Source of the DNA: Hemiscyllium ocellatum | Taxonomy: Eukaryota | Assembly: GCF_020745735.1 (NCBI RefSeq) | Contig: NW_026867501.1 | Span: 124,001-188,000, forward strand | DNA: 64,000 bases | Direction: 5' to 3' | Shown here: positions 1 to 11,194 of the stretch, piece after piece | How the letters are laid out: every line of letters starts with the position of its first letter | How positions within the stretch are numbered: the stretch's first letter is position 1 | The notes under the pieces: generated by a model | Seen by the model: only the letters and a program-made list of their open reading frames with translations | Databases searched by the model: none | What the model was told of the DNA's origin: nothing | Program-made: the position numbers and the translations under genes

Positions 1-260
1 TGGCAGCACATTTATCAGCCTTTCCAGATCCTGGGTTCCCCAAGGAATGTTTTGCAGCTGTCTCCCTCCTTTTATAAGCAACGGCAGCAGCTTCCCCTCT
101 TGGAACTTCTTGCCCACACTAAACTTGCTACTTTGTGATTCCGCATCAGACTCCAAATCTCACCTTATTTGTATTTCCTCACTCTACCACTCGCAATCGT
201 CCCTTACTCATCCATCGGTTCTTAAGATTCTTCAGTTTCAACTAATTAATAAAAACAATT
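1..260 (-). mobile_element. Decayed CR1-type LINE 3' fragment
   Basis: The reverse complement resembles the CR1 3' ORF2/UTR region seen in the other CR1 copies in this window. No intact ORF. Confidence 0.4.
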
Positions 261-894
261 TATTCTAATTCGTTTTGCCTAAATTATTCCAGGACTGCAT
301 CTGCAGAATGCACTCATCATTGATGGTTTCTTGAAAGAACATGATAAACACCCAGTGCTGATCTCAAACGTCGAACATGACATTCATGGTCCTGCACTGA
401 TAGTGAACAGCCTGAAGTTGTGACACCGCATGTCTCAATGACAAGCCCTAACGAACGGTTGACGTCTTTGCTGCTGGAGTGCAATGGTCAACAGAGTGCA
501 TGCGCACTAATCCTGAATGCGGAAAAGAAAGCTGTGAGTAGCTCTTCAAAATTCACAGGGATGGAGTTGGTAAAATCGTTTAGCAGGGGATTTATCCACG
601 GGCAATTTAAACCAAGAGGAAAAGTGAAGTAAGGCTGGAATTGCGAAGTAACGCATGTCTGGCAGCATCTTTGGAGGCAAATCAGCGTTTCGTTTCCAAT
701 AATGCATAAGAGTGGTTGAACTTGAAATGTTAATTGTAATTTACTCTACTAAGGTACTGCTGGACCTGTTAAGCTACTCGTTCGTTTCAGATCTCCAGTC
801 TTTGCATTGTTGTACATTTATTCGAGAGAATATTCACTCCTGCACGTCCATTCTGATCTGGTGTTGAAGGCTTTAATTACGTTTTATTTCTGCA

Positions 895-1990
895 GTGCAT
901 TTGAAACAGATACTTGGTAGCTGTGAAACTGAGCTCATCTGTCTCATCAAAATCTGACGTAGTCATTAAAGTCATCAAGATCTGAACATCATGTATTTTG
1001 AAGTTGGAACACCAACGTTTGTTCCTTCCGCCTACAGGCAAAGAATGCAGCAAAGAATCAGAGTCATTAGGAGATAAACAAACTTCAATGGGTACAAATG
1101 TATCGGAGCCAGATAAATTGCAATCAAAATCACGGGTGAACATTGAACTGCTTTCAAGCAGAAGTATTTCCGACACGATTAAGGTTTATTCCCATCAACG
1201 GTGCAGACAGTGGTCGCAAAACCAATGCCATTTTGAAGACAACATGCAAAAGCAAAATTAAGATTCTCAGGGGAAAAGCACTTGTGACAAATATGAGGTT
1301 GATAGTTCAATGACAACCGGGAATAAGTGAATAAATAAATGTCAGACCAGACATTGAAAAGATGACCGAGGCTCAGATAGATTTGAAGCAAATCTCTTCA
1401 ATAATCATTTCACCAATAAATGTACAATTAAAAGAACACGTATTGAGTGTAAAGAAGACTTCAAAAGATCATCCAGACTCGAGAGATTCAATTTCACCTA
1501 CGCAATGGATTGTGGGAAAGAGTTCAGATACCCATATGAGTTAAAAATTCATCGACACAGTTACACTAATTAGAAGCCATTGATTTGTTCGAAGTATGGA
1601 AAGGAATTCATCGGGCCATCACGTATGCTCTTACATCACTGCATTCACACTAATAGAAAAGAGACCTTTTAAATGTCCAAACTGCCAGAAATTCGAAAGT
1701 CACTCTGGTAAACGTATTCTTCATCAACGTGTTCATAACGATGATAGATTGTTCTTCTCATCTCACGATAGTAGTAGGTTCAAGAGATCGCCGCAACTCA
1801 CTGTACATCCGCGAATTCAGGTCCCGCGACGCCATTCTCCCGCCATGAGTGGGAAAATATTTACCACATCATCCTTACATCTAACTCAACAACGATTCGT
1901 CTTCTCAGTACAACGCACTCCTCTTTTGAGTGGGGGAAGTGATTTACTAATTTATCTGAGCTGCTGATACACACCGGCGTCTTCACACAG
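895..1990 (+). pseudogene. Degenerate C2H2 (Kruppel-type) zinc-finger gene
   Basis: ORF 1596-1967 contains EKRPFKCPNCQKF...RILHQRVH. Upstream TGTGGGAAAGAGTTC (CGKEF) and further broken C-x2-C/H-x3-H repeats with TGEKP-like linkers are interrupted by stops and frameshifts. Confidence 0.6.
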
Positions 1991-2899
1991 AACGACGCTG
2001 TTCATCAGCGCTGAATATGGGGAAACAAAGTCATTGTAATCCAATCAGGTCATACAGCAACAAAATCACAAATGCGATCTCATTCATATTTTACAACACA
2101 TTCTTGCAGGTCTTGGGGTAGATAATGAATCAAAACATTTTGCAAAATACCTTAACAAGTCTATTTTCGATTAGTCACTGAGAAAGTGACCATACAGACA
2201 TCCAAACTGTCAGAAAAATCACGCAGTTTCTAGTCGTGGAGACCACGATTCCCAAGGGCGTCATGAGAAAGAGCTTTCCACTGATCTGATTTGATTTGGT
2301 TTGATTTGTTTTTGTACTGGAGGCATCGATGACCTGCTGGTATATTTTAATGGTAGTTGGTTCTGGTGGAATTGAGGGGCAAATCATTAACCAGCGACCT
2401 ATGCAGTGCCTCAAAGGTTGGCAGAGTAGAAAATAAAAAAAAATTAAGAAAAGTTGAGAAGTTCACTTACAATGTCCACAAATGTCGACAATGTCAGTGA
2501 TTCTGAAAATAATTGCATTTGTTTTAACTTACTTTACATAATGTATTAATGTCTTCCCGAAACTATAAAGGTTTTGGAGTTGGATGCCACACAACAGTTT
2601 AAGATTCACATCGTCATTTTGGTCTAGGGTTAGAACTCCTCCTGTCAGTGTAATCTCCTGCAGAAGCAAACCCTTTCAAAACGTCTTCACTCATCTCATT
2701 CATGTCTGTTGTGCATTCTTGATTTCACTTGCTTCATGACTGGAGACCATCTTTTTCAGTTGCACATGACAGAAGCTCTAAAATTTCCACCATCAATTAT
2801 TCCGATTCTATAAATCCCTTTGCTCCTTAAATACACGACTGAACCAATTCCTTCATGATCAATCTATCTGTCATATGTTCTAGTACTACCTAGTCAAAA

Positions 2900-3510
2900 C
2901 AAACAAAACATTGTGGAACTGCAGATCTGATACAAAAACAGAAAGTGCTGTAGAAGCTCAGCTTGTCTGGCAGTATCTGTGAAAGAGAAACATTTCTTAT
3001 TCAAAATTACTGTTCTCCAGTACGGACAAGACGTGGAAAATTGCTGGAGTTTAGAATTAGAGAAGGGTGTGCAATCAGTTTTTCCACAGTGTGAACTTGA
3101 TGATGCTTCAACAGGGTGGATGACTGAGAAAATCACTTCCACAGTTCCAACAAGTGAAATGCGTATTCTCTGTTTGCTACTAGCAATGTGTTTTCTGAAC
3201 AGAATGGCAATTGAGCCGGTCGCTACATACTGCAGTATATCCTCCACGTTAGGAATGCCGTTCAGAATAGAACATTCATTCCTGTCTGTTCCGCTGGATC
3301 AGATGTTTGGCGTCAGCTTTGTCCATCCAAGCAACACAGTTACAGTTTCTCTGCACTGTAAATAAGGCTTTTTCATTCAATCTTCCAAAACAGATAATAT
3401 TCAATTAATGATCAATTCAACGACTTCACCCGGTTCTGATAAAATGGATTGTTCAATTTTCCATCCATCCGTCAATTTTCCTCTCCTTTCCATTGCCTGT
3501 GAAATTGATA
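2900..3510 (-). pseudogene. Degenerate C2H2 zinc-finger gene, convergent with the previous one
   Basis: The minus strand reads FTCWNCGSDF-(frameshift)-QSSTLLKHHQVHTVEK, a frameshifted C2H2 finger with linker. A splice-acceptor-like TTTCACAG lies near 3510. Confidence 0.55.
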
Positions 3511-4446
3511 CTTAATGGAAAAGAGTCAGAGAGAGAACATTCAAAAGCACAAAGGGAGGTTGTGAAATTGATTTGAACGGACCTGATAAATTCTTGGGAA
3601 ATTTCCCAGAAAATTTGAGTAAGAACAGCCGTTGGATTGTCATTGATTCATGACTTCTTATCTCATAATCTTCACAATAATCTGGCCTCTATTGAAGGAG
3701 ATACGGGCAGGGAAGGTAGAAGGACAAGAAGTGGGCTCCTATGTTCCTACTGGAATGTTGATATAATCTCTCGAACCATCCACCTCCGTCAACCGGAAGA
3801 AACAGGGCAGAAGATCTCACACTTTCCGCTTCAAATCACCCAATGTCCTGTCTTGTGTAGCATCCTGTACTGGAGGTATCGATTACCAGTCATATCAAGT
3901 AGTTCTTTCCAGCACGGAAAGAATGTCTTCGGCCCAGAATCAATGCATCAGCTTGAGTGCCTCTACTCAAGAACTGGATCCAAAGCCTCTCTGTGAGACG
4001 GAACACCTTCATTACTTGGTCATGTTTGTAAGATTCAAACAAAGTGCAGTGGTATTCGGATAAAACTACAGCCTGGTTCCAGCAAAGAAAGGATGCCTTC
4101 AACCACTCCTCTGTCCGTGTTACATTCCCATTCTTTACACTTCACTCTTCAATTTATACTGCCTCACGTCGTTCTTCAACAAACATATTGTTACAGAATT
4201 TTGACACCAGGGATAATAAAATGAAACCAGAACCTCTTAGCTCTGTAATAAAAGCTCTGACAAAGTACAGTGACCTGATCCAGTAAACGGATAATACAGC
4301 CACTTAGTTCCAGCTCTATTGTAACAATCTGTGTCTTTGGACTTACATTGGTACAGCTTATTGCATTCAATCAGTGATCTGGTCTCAATCAATAACAACT
4401 TGAAGACTGAGCTTTCACGTAACAAAATGGCTCGGAGTTTCACAGG

Positions 4447-4856
4447 TTTTCGTCATGTCATTTAGATTAGACTTACAGTGTGGAAACAGGCCCTTCGGCC
4501 CAACAAGTCCACACCGACCCGCCGAAGCATGGGCGGCACGGTGGCACAGTGGTTAGCACTGCTGCCTCACAGCGCCTGTAGACCCGGGTTCAATTCCCGA
4601 CTCAGGCGACCGTCTGTGTGGAGTTTGCACGTTCTCCCCGTGTCTGCGTGGGTTTCCTCCGGGTGCTCCGGTTTCCTCCCACAGTCACAAAGATGTGCGG
4701 GTCAGGTGAATTGGCCATGCTAAATTGCCCGTAGAGGTAGGTAAGGGGTAAATGTAGGGGTATGGGTGGGTTGCGCTTCGGCGGGTCGGTGTGGACTTGT
4801 TGGGCCGAAGGGCCTGTTTCCACACTGTAAGTCTAATCTAAATGACATGACGAAAA
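4447..4856. repeat. Perfect 82-bp inverted repeat (4447-4528 / 4775-4856) enclosing the SINE
   Basis: By manual base-by-base comparison, 4447-4528 is the exact reverse complement of 4775-4856, including about 16 bp beyond the SINE tail (AATGACATGACGAAAA). Confidence 0.9.
4531..4841 (+). mobile_element. Full-length tRNA-derived shark SINE (HE1/V-SINE-like)
   Basis: tRNA-like head GGCGGCACGGTGGCACAGTGGTTAGCACTGCTGCCTCACAGC...GGGTTCAATTCCC (A/B boxes), central TCTCCCCGTGTCTGCGTGGGTTTCCTCCGGGTGCTCCGGTTTCCTCCCACAGTC, and a LINE-like 3' tail ending GTCTAATCTAA. Nearly identical to the copies at 10814 and 18382. Confidence 0.9.
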
Positions 4857-6409
4857 TCTTGGCCAAAGTGATCAGTTGGAATGAGTGTTTGCAAGTAGGA
4901 CAATGAAAGAAAACGTTTTCAAATATTTCAGGAGAGAATTCCAGATTTAATGATCCAAACAGTTCAAGGCATGGTCAGCAACAGTAGGATATTCAAAATC
5001 ACTGACGGAGTTTCCGGAAACGGTGTTTCTATGCACGTGGGCACATAGCCCAAAATATGCGGATACTGGCGATCTGAACTAATGACATTCAAGTTTTAGA
5101 GAAATTCATCAGGTCTGGCAGCAACTATAGATCACGTTGCAAAAGTCAATCCTTTGAATCGGAACATAAAATATTACTGTCTCTGTGAATGCTGCCAACC
5201 CTAATGAGTTTCTCAAACACTTCCTCTTTTAATAAAAGTCTTATACTATTCTTGTTCATTGACGTGTTATAAACTGAGTGCCACCCTGTGTAGTGAGTAG
5301 GTATTCACTTTAACAGACTTAAACTCCTCTGAATCTCAATGTTACACTCAGAACAGGTTTTAGTAGAGGTTTGAGGGGAAAACAAACAAAAAGCATCAAC
5401 ACTTAAACCTGGAAAGAACAGAAATGATGGCAGTCACAACAGATCACACATCATCAGTTTTTGGAGAAGTCTGAGATGAAATTCCTTTAGAATGGTCACC
5501 TCCCACCACGAGCACTAAACCCTGGTCCAGAGAGGGAGAGTAATGAGGCTTCGTCAGATTAATTATTGGAACAGTCGGATTGTACCGACGTGAAGCTCAG
5601 ACAGCATTCTCCACAGTTCAGAAGAATGCGTGGTAATCTTGTTAAAACTTGGGACATCTTTCTGAGTTAAATTTGAACAGCAGTCACAAAGGACTGTTGC
5701 AGAAACTGCCTGTTTAAGTTTCTGAGAATGTTTGTTCGTCTTGTAAATTATCTATGTTCAACATAACTTTCTCACTGGATGATATCATTTTGTATTCCGA
5801 GCCTTAATTGCAAGACCGAGTGAAGCCATAAGGTTTCAGGTTTAGTTTTCCTGATCAGATGTTTCACCTGGGTCCCACTGAGGTGTTCAGTATTAAATCA
5901 TCTCCAGAAATGTTGAATTAACATGAGATCGGGGCGAGGCAGGGAGTTATAAGAAAGTGATGCTGGGAACGATCGAGTAGTGAATATTGTTCTTGGTTTC
6001 TCCCAGCATCATCGCTCGATATTCTTTGCTCAACACACAAGACTAAATAAAAACACAGACTGAGTACCCAGCTAATTGACGCGTGGCCAGGAAGGGCTGC
6101 AGTGATCACTGGCAGAAAATGTCCCTACCATCATCCCCACACCACCCCTTGGGCTTTGAGCGAACATGGGAGGTGATTACTACGTCGCTTACAGAGCTGG
6201 TGAAGTGACGTAAAACTATAGGCTACCTCTTCAAACCTGTCTCAAGTACAGAGATCTTGAAGTAGCTCGGCCGATCAAATACATCATGGACACTGCAGCT
6301 AGCAAATCGACTCCATCAATCTGAATAACTTCCGTCCAGGTCCCCATACAGGCTTCTGGAGTAATCTTCCCTTTCCCATCATCAAACTACCAGATCCAAA
6401 CACAGGAAC

Positions 6410-6790
6410 GCGGGTACACTTCTTCGTTTGATCCTCTGTGTCTGTTTACCTTGTGAGTATCGATCGCAGAAACCAACTTTGCGTGAAATCAAAACTTCAC
6501 TGCTGTCGATTTCGCCCGCATTCCAGCAGAGTCTGCAATTTTAACCATGTTGTGTGTATCAGTTCTAAAGTCCACTCACTTCCCTCTGTTTAAATTCCAG
6601 GTTATTTCAGTCAGTCCGTGACACAGAGCCTAGTAGTGGTGAATAGGAAGGAGTGCCAGTCTCTCACCATCAACTGTGTTTTTAAAAATCATAATTCTTG
6701 TCATTACTTTGAGAGTGAACAATTCTTTCGTCAAACGCAGGCAGCGCAGGGAATGCGAGCGGACAACAAGCGATGGAAGATGTGTTGTGT
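6410..6790 (+). pseudogene. NAR-TCR (IgNAR-like) V: leader exon 6410-6452 plus first, truncated V exon copy 6601-6790
   Basis: Leader reads (A)GTLLRLILCVCLP with a phase-1 GTGAGT donor at 6453 and no ATG (GCG at the expected start). Acceptor TTCCAG at 6600, then YFSQSVTQSLVVVNRKECQSLTINCVFKNHNSCHYFESEQFFRQTQAA. The SLTINCV motif is IgNAR-type. A 1-nt insertion follows and the exon stops after the GGR-equivalent region. Confidence 0.8.
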
Positions 6791-6875
6791 TCAGTCATTC
6801 CAGCAGAATCTGCAATTTTAACCATGTTGTGTTAATGTCCTAATGTCCGCTCACTTCTCTCTGTTTAAATTTCAG

Positions 6876-7193
6876 TCAGTCCGTGACACAGAGCCTAGTA
6901 GTGGTCAACAGGAAGGAGTGCCAGTCTCTCACCATCAACTGTGTTTTGAAAGTCATAATTCTTATCACTATTTTGAGAGTGAATAATTCTTTAGTCAAAC
7001 GCAGGCAGCGACGGAATGGAAGCGGATCACAAGCGGTGGGAGATGTGTTGTGCCCCTGAATAAAGCAAAAAATACATTTTCGTTGTAAATTTGGGATATC
7101 AGAGCTGAAGACACCTCCACCGATTACTGTAATGCTCGATACTGGTCCGGTATATACATTGATGGGCCTCGGCTTCCCGTCGCTCCAAGACTC
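6876..7193 (+). pseudogene. NAR-TCR V, second (complete) exon copy with 23-RSS
   Basis: VTQSLVVVNRKECQSLTINCVL-(frameshift)-FESE*FFSQTQAATEWKRITSGGRCVVPLNKAKNTFSL*IWDIRAEDTSTDYCNARYWSGI. Stops at 6984 and 7086. RSS is TACATTG (7155-7161), a 23-bp spacer, then CCAAGACTC (7185-7193); the heptamer has lost its first C. Confidence 0.85.
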
Positions 7194-7483
7194 TGACGGG
7201 AGACTATTATAGAAAGAAATTGAAAACGGAGGCAATCTATCCAGAAATTCCCACATTGCTGCCTCGCAGCTTCTGTCCCAACGTCTGAGTCATTTTAAAA
7301 AAACATTCTGTGTTTCACAGATGCCAAGTGTGTTCGAATGGTGATCCCGCTGTCAAGACTTGTGTGGATGAATGGAACTGATCACAGTTAAAGGATACTG
7401 ACGTGGGTGGATATCCTGTTCTAACAACTGGAATTGGGAATTTCAGTTCAGCTGTAATGTCCCAAATCTCAACTAGTCTTGGG

Positions 7484-7555
7484 AAGTTTTACACAGATTT
7501 ATGGCACTGTGCCAATTTGGAAGAAAGCACAGTGAAAGGAGCCCGAACAAATAAC
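7484..7555 (+). other. NAR-TCR D segment (core 7512-7527) flanked by 12-bp-spacer RSSs
   Basis: 5' side: degenerate nonamer AAGTTTTAC, 12 bp, CACTGTG (7505-7511). Core CCAATTTGGAAGAAAG. 3' side: CACAGTG (7528-7534), 12 bp, ACAAATAAC (7547-7555). It lies between a 23-RSS V and a 23-RSS J. Confidence 0.8.
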
Positions 7556-7862
7556 TCTGCACAATTAAAATATAAATTCGCCAGCACCAATATCGATTGT
7601 TAGCTTGAAGTTCACTTCGCTGTAATGTCGGCTGATACCTTAACACTCCCTTGCAAGCACATATTTCTTTTTTCGATTCTTCTCATCTGATATGATGTGA
7701 ACATCCACCTTCTGTATTCCAGTGCCATTTGACAGAAGATCAGGTGACCTGAGACAAAGGAAACTTGACCACAGAGAATATTGCCTATCTATCCAAATCT
7801 CATGAAACAATAGTTTGGTCAAGCATCGTGTTAATGATTTTTCGATCGTTTGAGGTACAACT

Positions 7863-7951
7863 GGTCCTTGTATATTGGAGGCTGAGAGGAGCATGATTGT
7901 GTCATTATGATTAAGTAGATGGATCAGGAATGGCCGTGACTGTCACAGCTG
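7863..7951 (+). pseudogene. NAR-TCR J segment (coding 7902-7951) with 23-RSS
   Basis: GGTCCTTGT (7863-7871), 23 bp, GATTGTG (7895-7901), then HYD*VDGSGMAVTVTA (IgNAR-type DGxG instead of F/WGxG), ending in a phase-1 GTAAGT donor at 7952. One in-frame TAA. Confidence 0.85.
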
Positions 7952-8659
7952 GTAAGTGACTCTGCATTCCATCTTGCTCTGATTTATGTTGCTGAACGAT
8001 CGATTTATTGTTATTATCAAAGTAACTAAAGCAAATACTTTAGAAGGAACGGATTCTGTTACAGTGTCCAAGTTGAGAGCAGAATATTCGAGTCAGGTCC
8101 TGATTTCCACAAGCAAAAGAATGAATGACACCTGGCCCTAGGTCGGTGGTTTCACTGCACCTCGGGCATCTCTGGTCTAACAGGTCAATAGAGGGTGACC
8201 ATCAATATGGCGAGCAGGTGCTTAAATGAATGATGAGTACCGACCGTCTGGACTCCATTCCCGGAGTTATCTGTGATCGATGTTGCTCCTTCTGTTGCTT
8301 AGATCACAAGAGAAGGCTCACTGAGCTTTGTACCAGGCAGAACGTCAATCCCAAATTCGAAAAGTTCAACAAAAAACATTGTCCCACCAGAAAATCAGAA
8401 GATTATTCAACGAATTTCAGATACAAGAGACCTGGGTGTAAGTCAAGATGAAGACGTATATTTGAAGAATCGTTGTCAGGAATGATCGACTTGCTATTTA
8501 TTTTCAGTTCATTTCATATGTGCATTCATCTAACCAATCAAGTTCCCATTTTTCCAGCCTCAGGAATGCATGTGAAACTAGAAAGAATGTTTGCTTATTT
8601 AATTTGGTCTTTTGAGACATCGGTTTGCTGTAAACCAAATCTTAAACAAGGAATAAAGC

Positions 8660-10540
8660 GGGATAAAAGGGTTATGAAATAGCTTTAGCAAGCAGAATTA
8701 ATGAGAATGCCAAAGTGCTTTGTTCTTATATAAGAAGCAAGCGAGTAACTAGGGAAAGGATTGGTCCACTAAAGGATAATGAAGTAAGGCTGTGTGCCGA
8801 ACCTGAGAGAATGGCTGAGATTCTGAATGGTTACTTTGCATCAGTGTTCACTGAGGAGAGGAACATGATGCGTCTTGAGATTAGAGATAATTTTTTTATT
8901 AGTCTGGATCACGTTGACATAAGCAGGGAAGATGTGTTGGGTCAGCGAGAGGTTATCAAAGTAGACAAATCCCTAGCACTGGATGGGATCTATCGCAGGT
9001 TGCTGAGGGAGGCGAGAGAGGAAATAGCTGGGGACCTGACATATATCTTTGTGGCATCCTGAAATACAAGTGAGGTACTGGAGGACTGGAAGGTTGATCA
9101 TGCTGTCCCCTTGTACAAGAAGGGTAGTTGGGATATTCTGGTTAACTACAGACCAATGAGCCTGACGTTGGTGGTGGGAAAGTTGCTGCAGAGGATAGTG
9201 AAGGATAGGATCTATTTATATTTAGAAAAGAATGGGCTAATCAGTGACAGGCAACGGGGTTTTGTGCGGGGAGATCGTGCATTACCAAATTAATAGAGTT
9301 CTTCGAGGAAGTGAACAAGTTGATGGATGAACGAACGGCTGTTCATGTCATATACATGGACTTTATTAAGGCGTTTGATAGGGTACGCCATGGTAAACTA
9401 ATAGAGAAAGTGAAGTCACATGGTGTGCATGTGCTCTCGCTAGTTGGATAAAGAACTGGTTGAGCAAAAGGAGACAGAGAGTAGTCGTTGAAGGGAGTTT
9501 CTCGAAATGTAGAAAGCTGACCAATGGAGTTCCACAGGGGTCAGTGTTGAGGTCACTGTTGTTTGTGATGTACATAAATGATCTGGAAGAGGGCACTGTT
9601 GGCATGATCAACAAACTTGCAGATGACACGACGATTTCAGAAGTAGCAGAAAGCATAATGGACTGTCAGAGAATACAGGGGGATACAGATAGGCTGGAGA
9701 GTTGGGCGGAAAGGTGGCAGATGGTGTTCAATGCAAATAAATGTGAGGCGATGAATTTAGGCAAGACTAATTCTCGAGCGAATTCTACAATGAATGGAAG
9801 AGCCTTGGGAAAAGTTGATGAGCAGAGAGATCTGGGAGTGCAGGTCCATTGTACCCTGAAGGTTGCTGCACATGTGGGTAGGGTGGTCAAGAAGGCATAT
9901 AGTATTTTTGCCTTCATTGGACGGGATATTGAGTATAAGAGCTGGCAAGTCATGTTAAAATTGTATAAGATATTGGTTCGGCCGCATTTACAATACTGTG
10001 TACAATTCTGGTCTACACATTAGAAAAGAATGTGGACGCTTTGGCGAGGTTGCAGAGATGGTTTACGAGGATGTTGCCTGGTATGCAAAGTGCTAGCAAT
10101 GAAGAGAGGTTAGGTTTATTTTCATTAGAAAAAAAAAAGATTGAGGGGGGACCTGATAGAGGATTACAAAATCATGAAGGGTATAGACAGGGTGGATAGA
10201 GACAAGCGTTTTCCCAGGCTGAAGGATTCAATAACGAGAGGTCACGCGTTCAAGGTGAGAGGTGGAAAGTTTAAGGGGGTTACACGCGGCAAGTACTTCA
10301 CATAAAGGGTGGTGGGTTTCTGGTACGCGTTGCCAGCAGAAGTAGTAGAGGCAGGCACGGCATATTCATTTAAGATGCGACTGGACAGATGCGTGAGTAG
10401 GTGGGGAGCAAAGGGATACAGATTTTCAGGAATTGACCTTCAGGTTTGGGCAGTACATTTTGAGAGGCTGAGGCTTGAAGGGCGGAAAGACCTGTTTCTA
10501 AGCTGTAAATTTTCTTTGTTCTTGGATTATTTGTCTTCAT
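8660..10540 (+). mobile_element. 5'-truncated, frameshifted CR1 LINE (ORF2 RT region) in the NAR-J to supporting-V intron
   Basis: ORFs 8715-9062, 9111-9293 and 9460-10023 give CR1 RT motifs (NYRPMSLT, GVPQGSVL, YINDL, LADDT, RDLGVQVH, RPHLQYCVQFWS). Confidence 0.92.
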
Positions 10541-10813
10541 AGACTGTCTCCTCAACTGACAGCGCAGCAGTTGTCTCACGAGCTCTGCCTGCCAGTTTGG
10601 TCTGAAAAAGCATTACCCATAAAAGCTGGGACCACTCCATCTGCCTAGCCAATTATTCCAATGGAATAAAGAACGCGTCAACATCATTCTCATCAAAGGG
10701 TTTTGATATGCTGATAACACATTAAAACATCACTGTTGAATCAGTTTCCAAGACATGTTTTGGCACATCATAAGAAGAAAATATGTAAAACAAAACGTCA
10801 CCTCATCACCTCG

Positions 10814-11115
10814 TTAGATTAGATTTAGATTAGACTTACAGTGTGGAAACAGGCCCTTCGGCCCAACAAGTCCACACCGACCCGCCGAAGCGCAACCCAC
10901 CCATACCCCTACATTTACCCCTTACCTAACTCTACGGGCAATTTAGCATGGCCAATTCAACTGACCCGCACATCTTTGGACTGTGGGAGGAAACCGGAGC
11001 ACCTGGAGGAAACCCACGCTGACACGGGGAGAACGTGCAAACTCCACACAGTCAGTGGCCTGAGTCGGGAATTGAACCCAGGTCTCTGGCGCTGTGAGGC
11101 AGCAGTGCTAACCAC
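10814..11115 (-). mobile_element. tRNA-derived shark SINE, head slightly truncated
   Basis: Reverse complement of the 4531-4841 element, with a TTAGA-repeat tail at 10814-10835. Confidence 0.9.
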
Positions 11116-11194
11116 AAGAGAGAACATATCAAAGTATAGCATCAAGAAAATAAACAGAAACATTCCTGTGTTTTGCATTTTCTCCTTTCAACAG

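Noticed and set aside
2894-3247. ORF resembling a gypsy/GIN integrase zinc-binding region
   Set aside because: Better explained as off-frame sequence of the frameshifted C2H2 zinc-finger relic.
4531-4605. tRNA gene
   Set aside because: It is the tRNA-derived head of a SINE, continuous with the SINE body and repeated at 11115 and 18683.
7355-7415. Possible second D segment (TTGTGTG...CACAGTT)
   Set aside because: No nonamer at 12 or 23 bp on either side.
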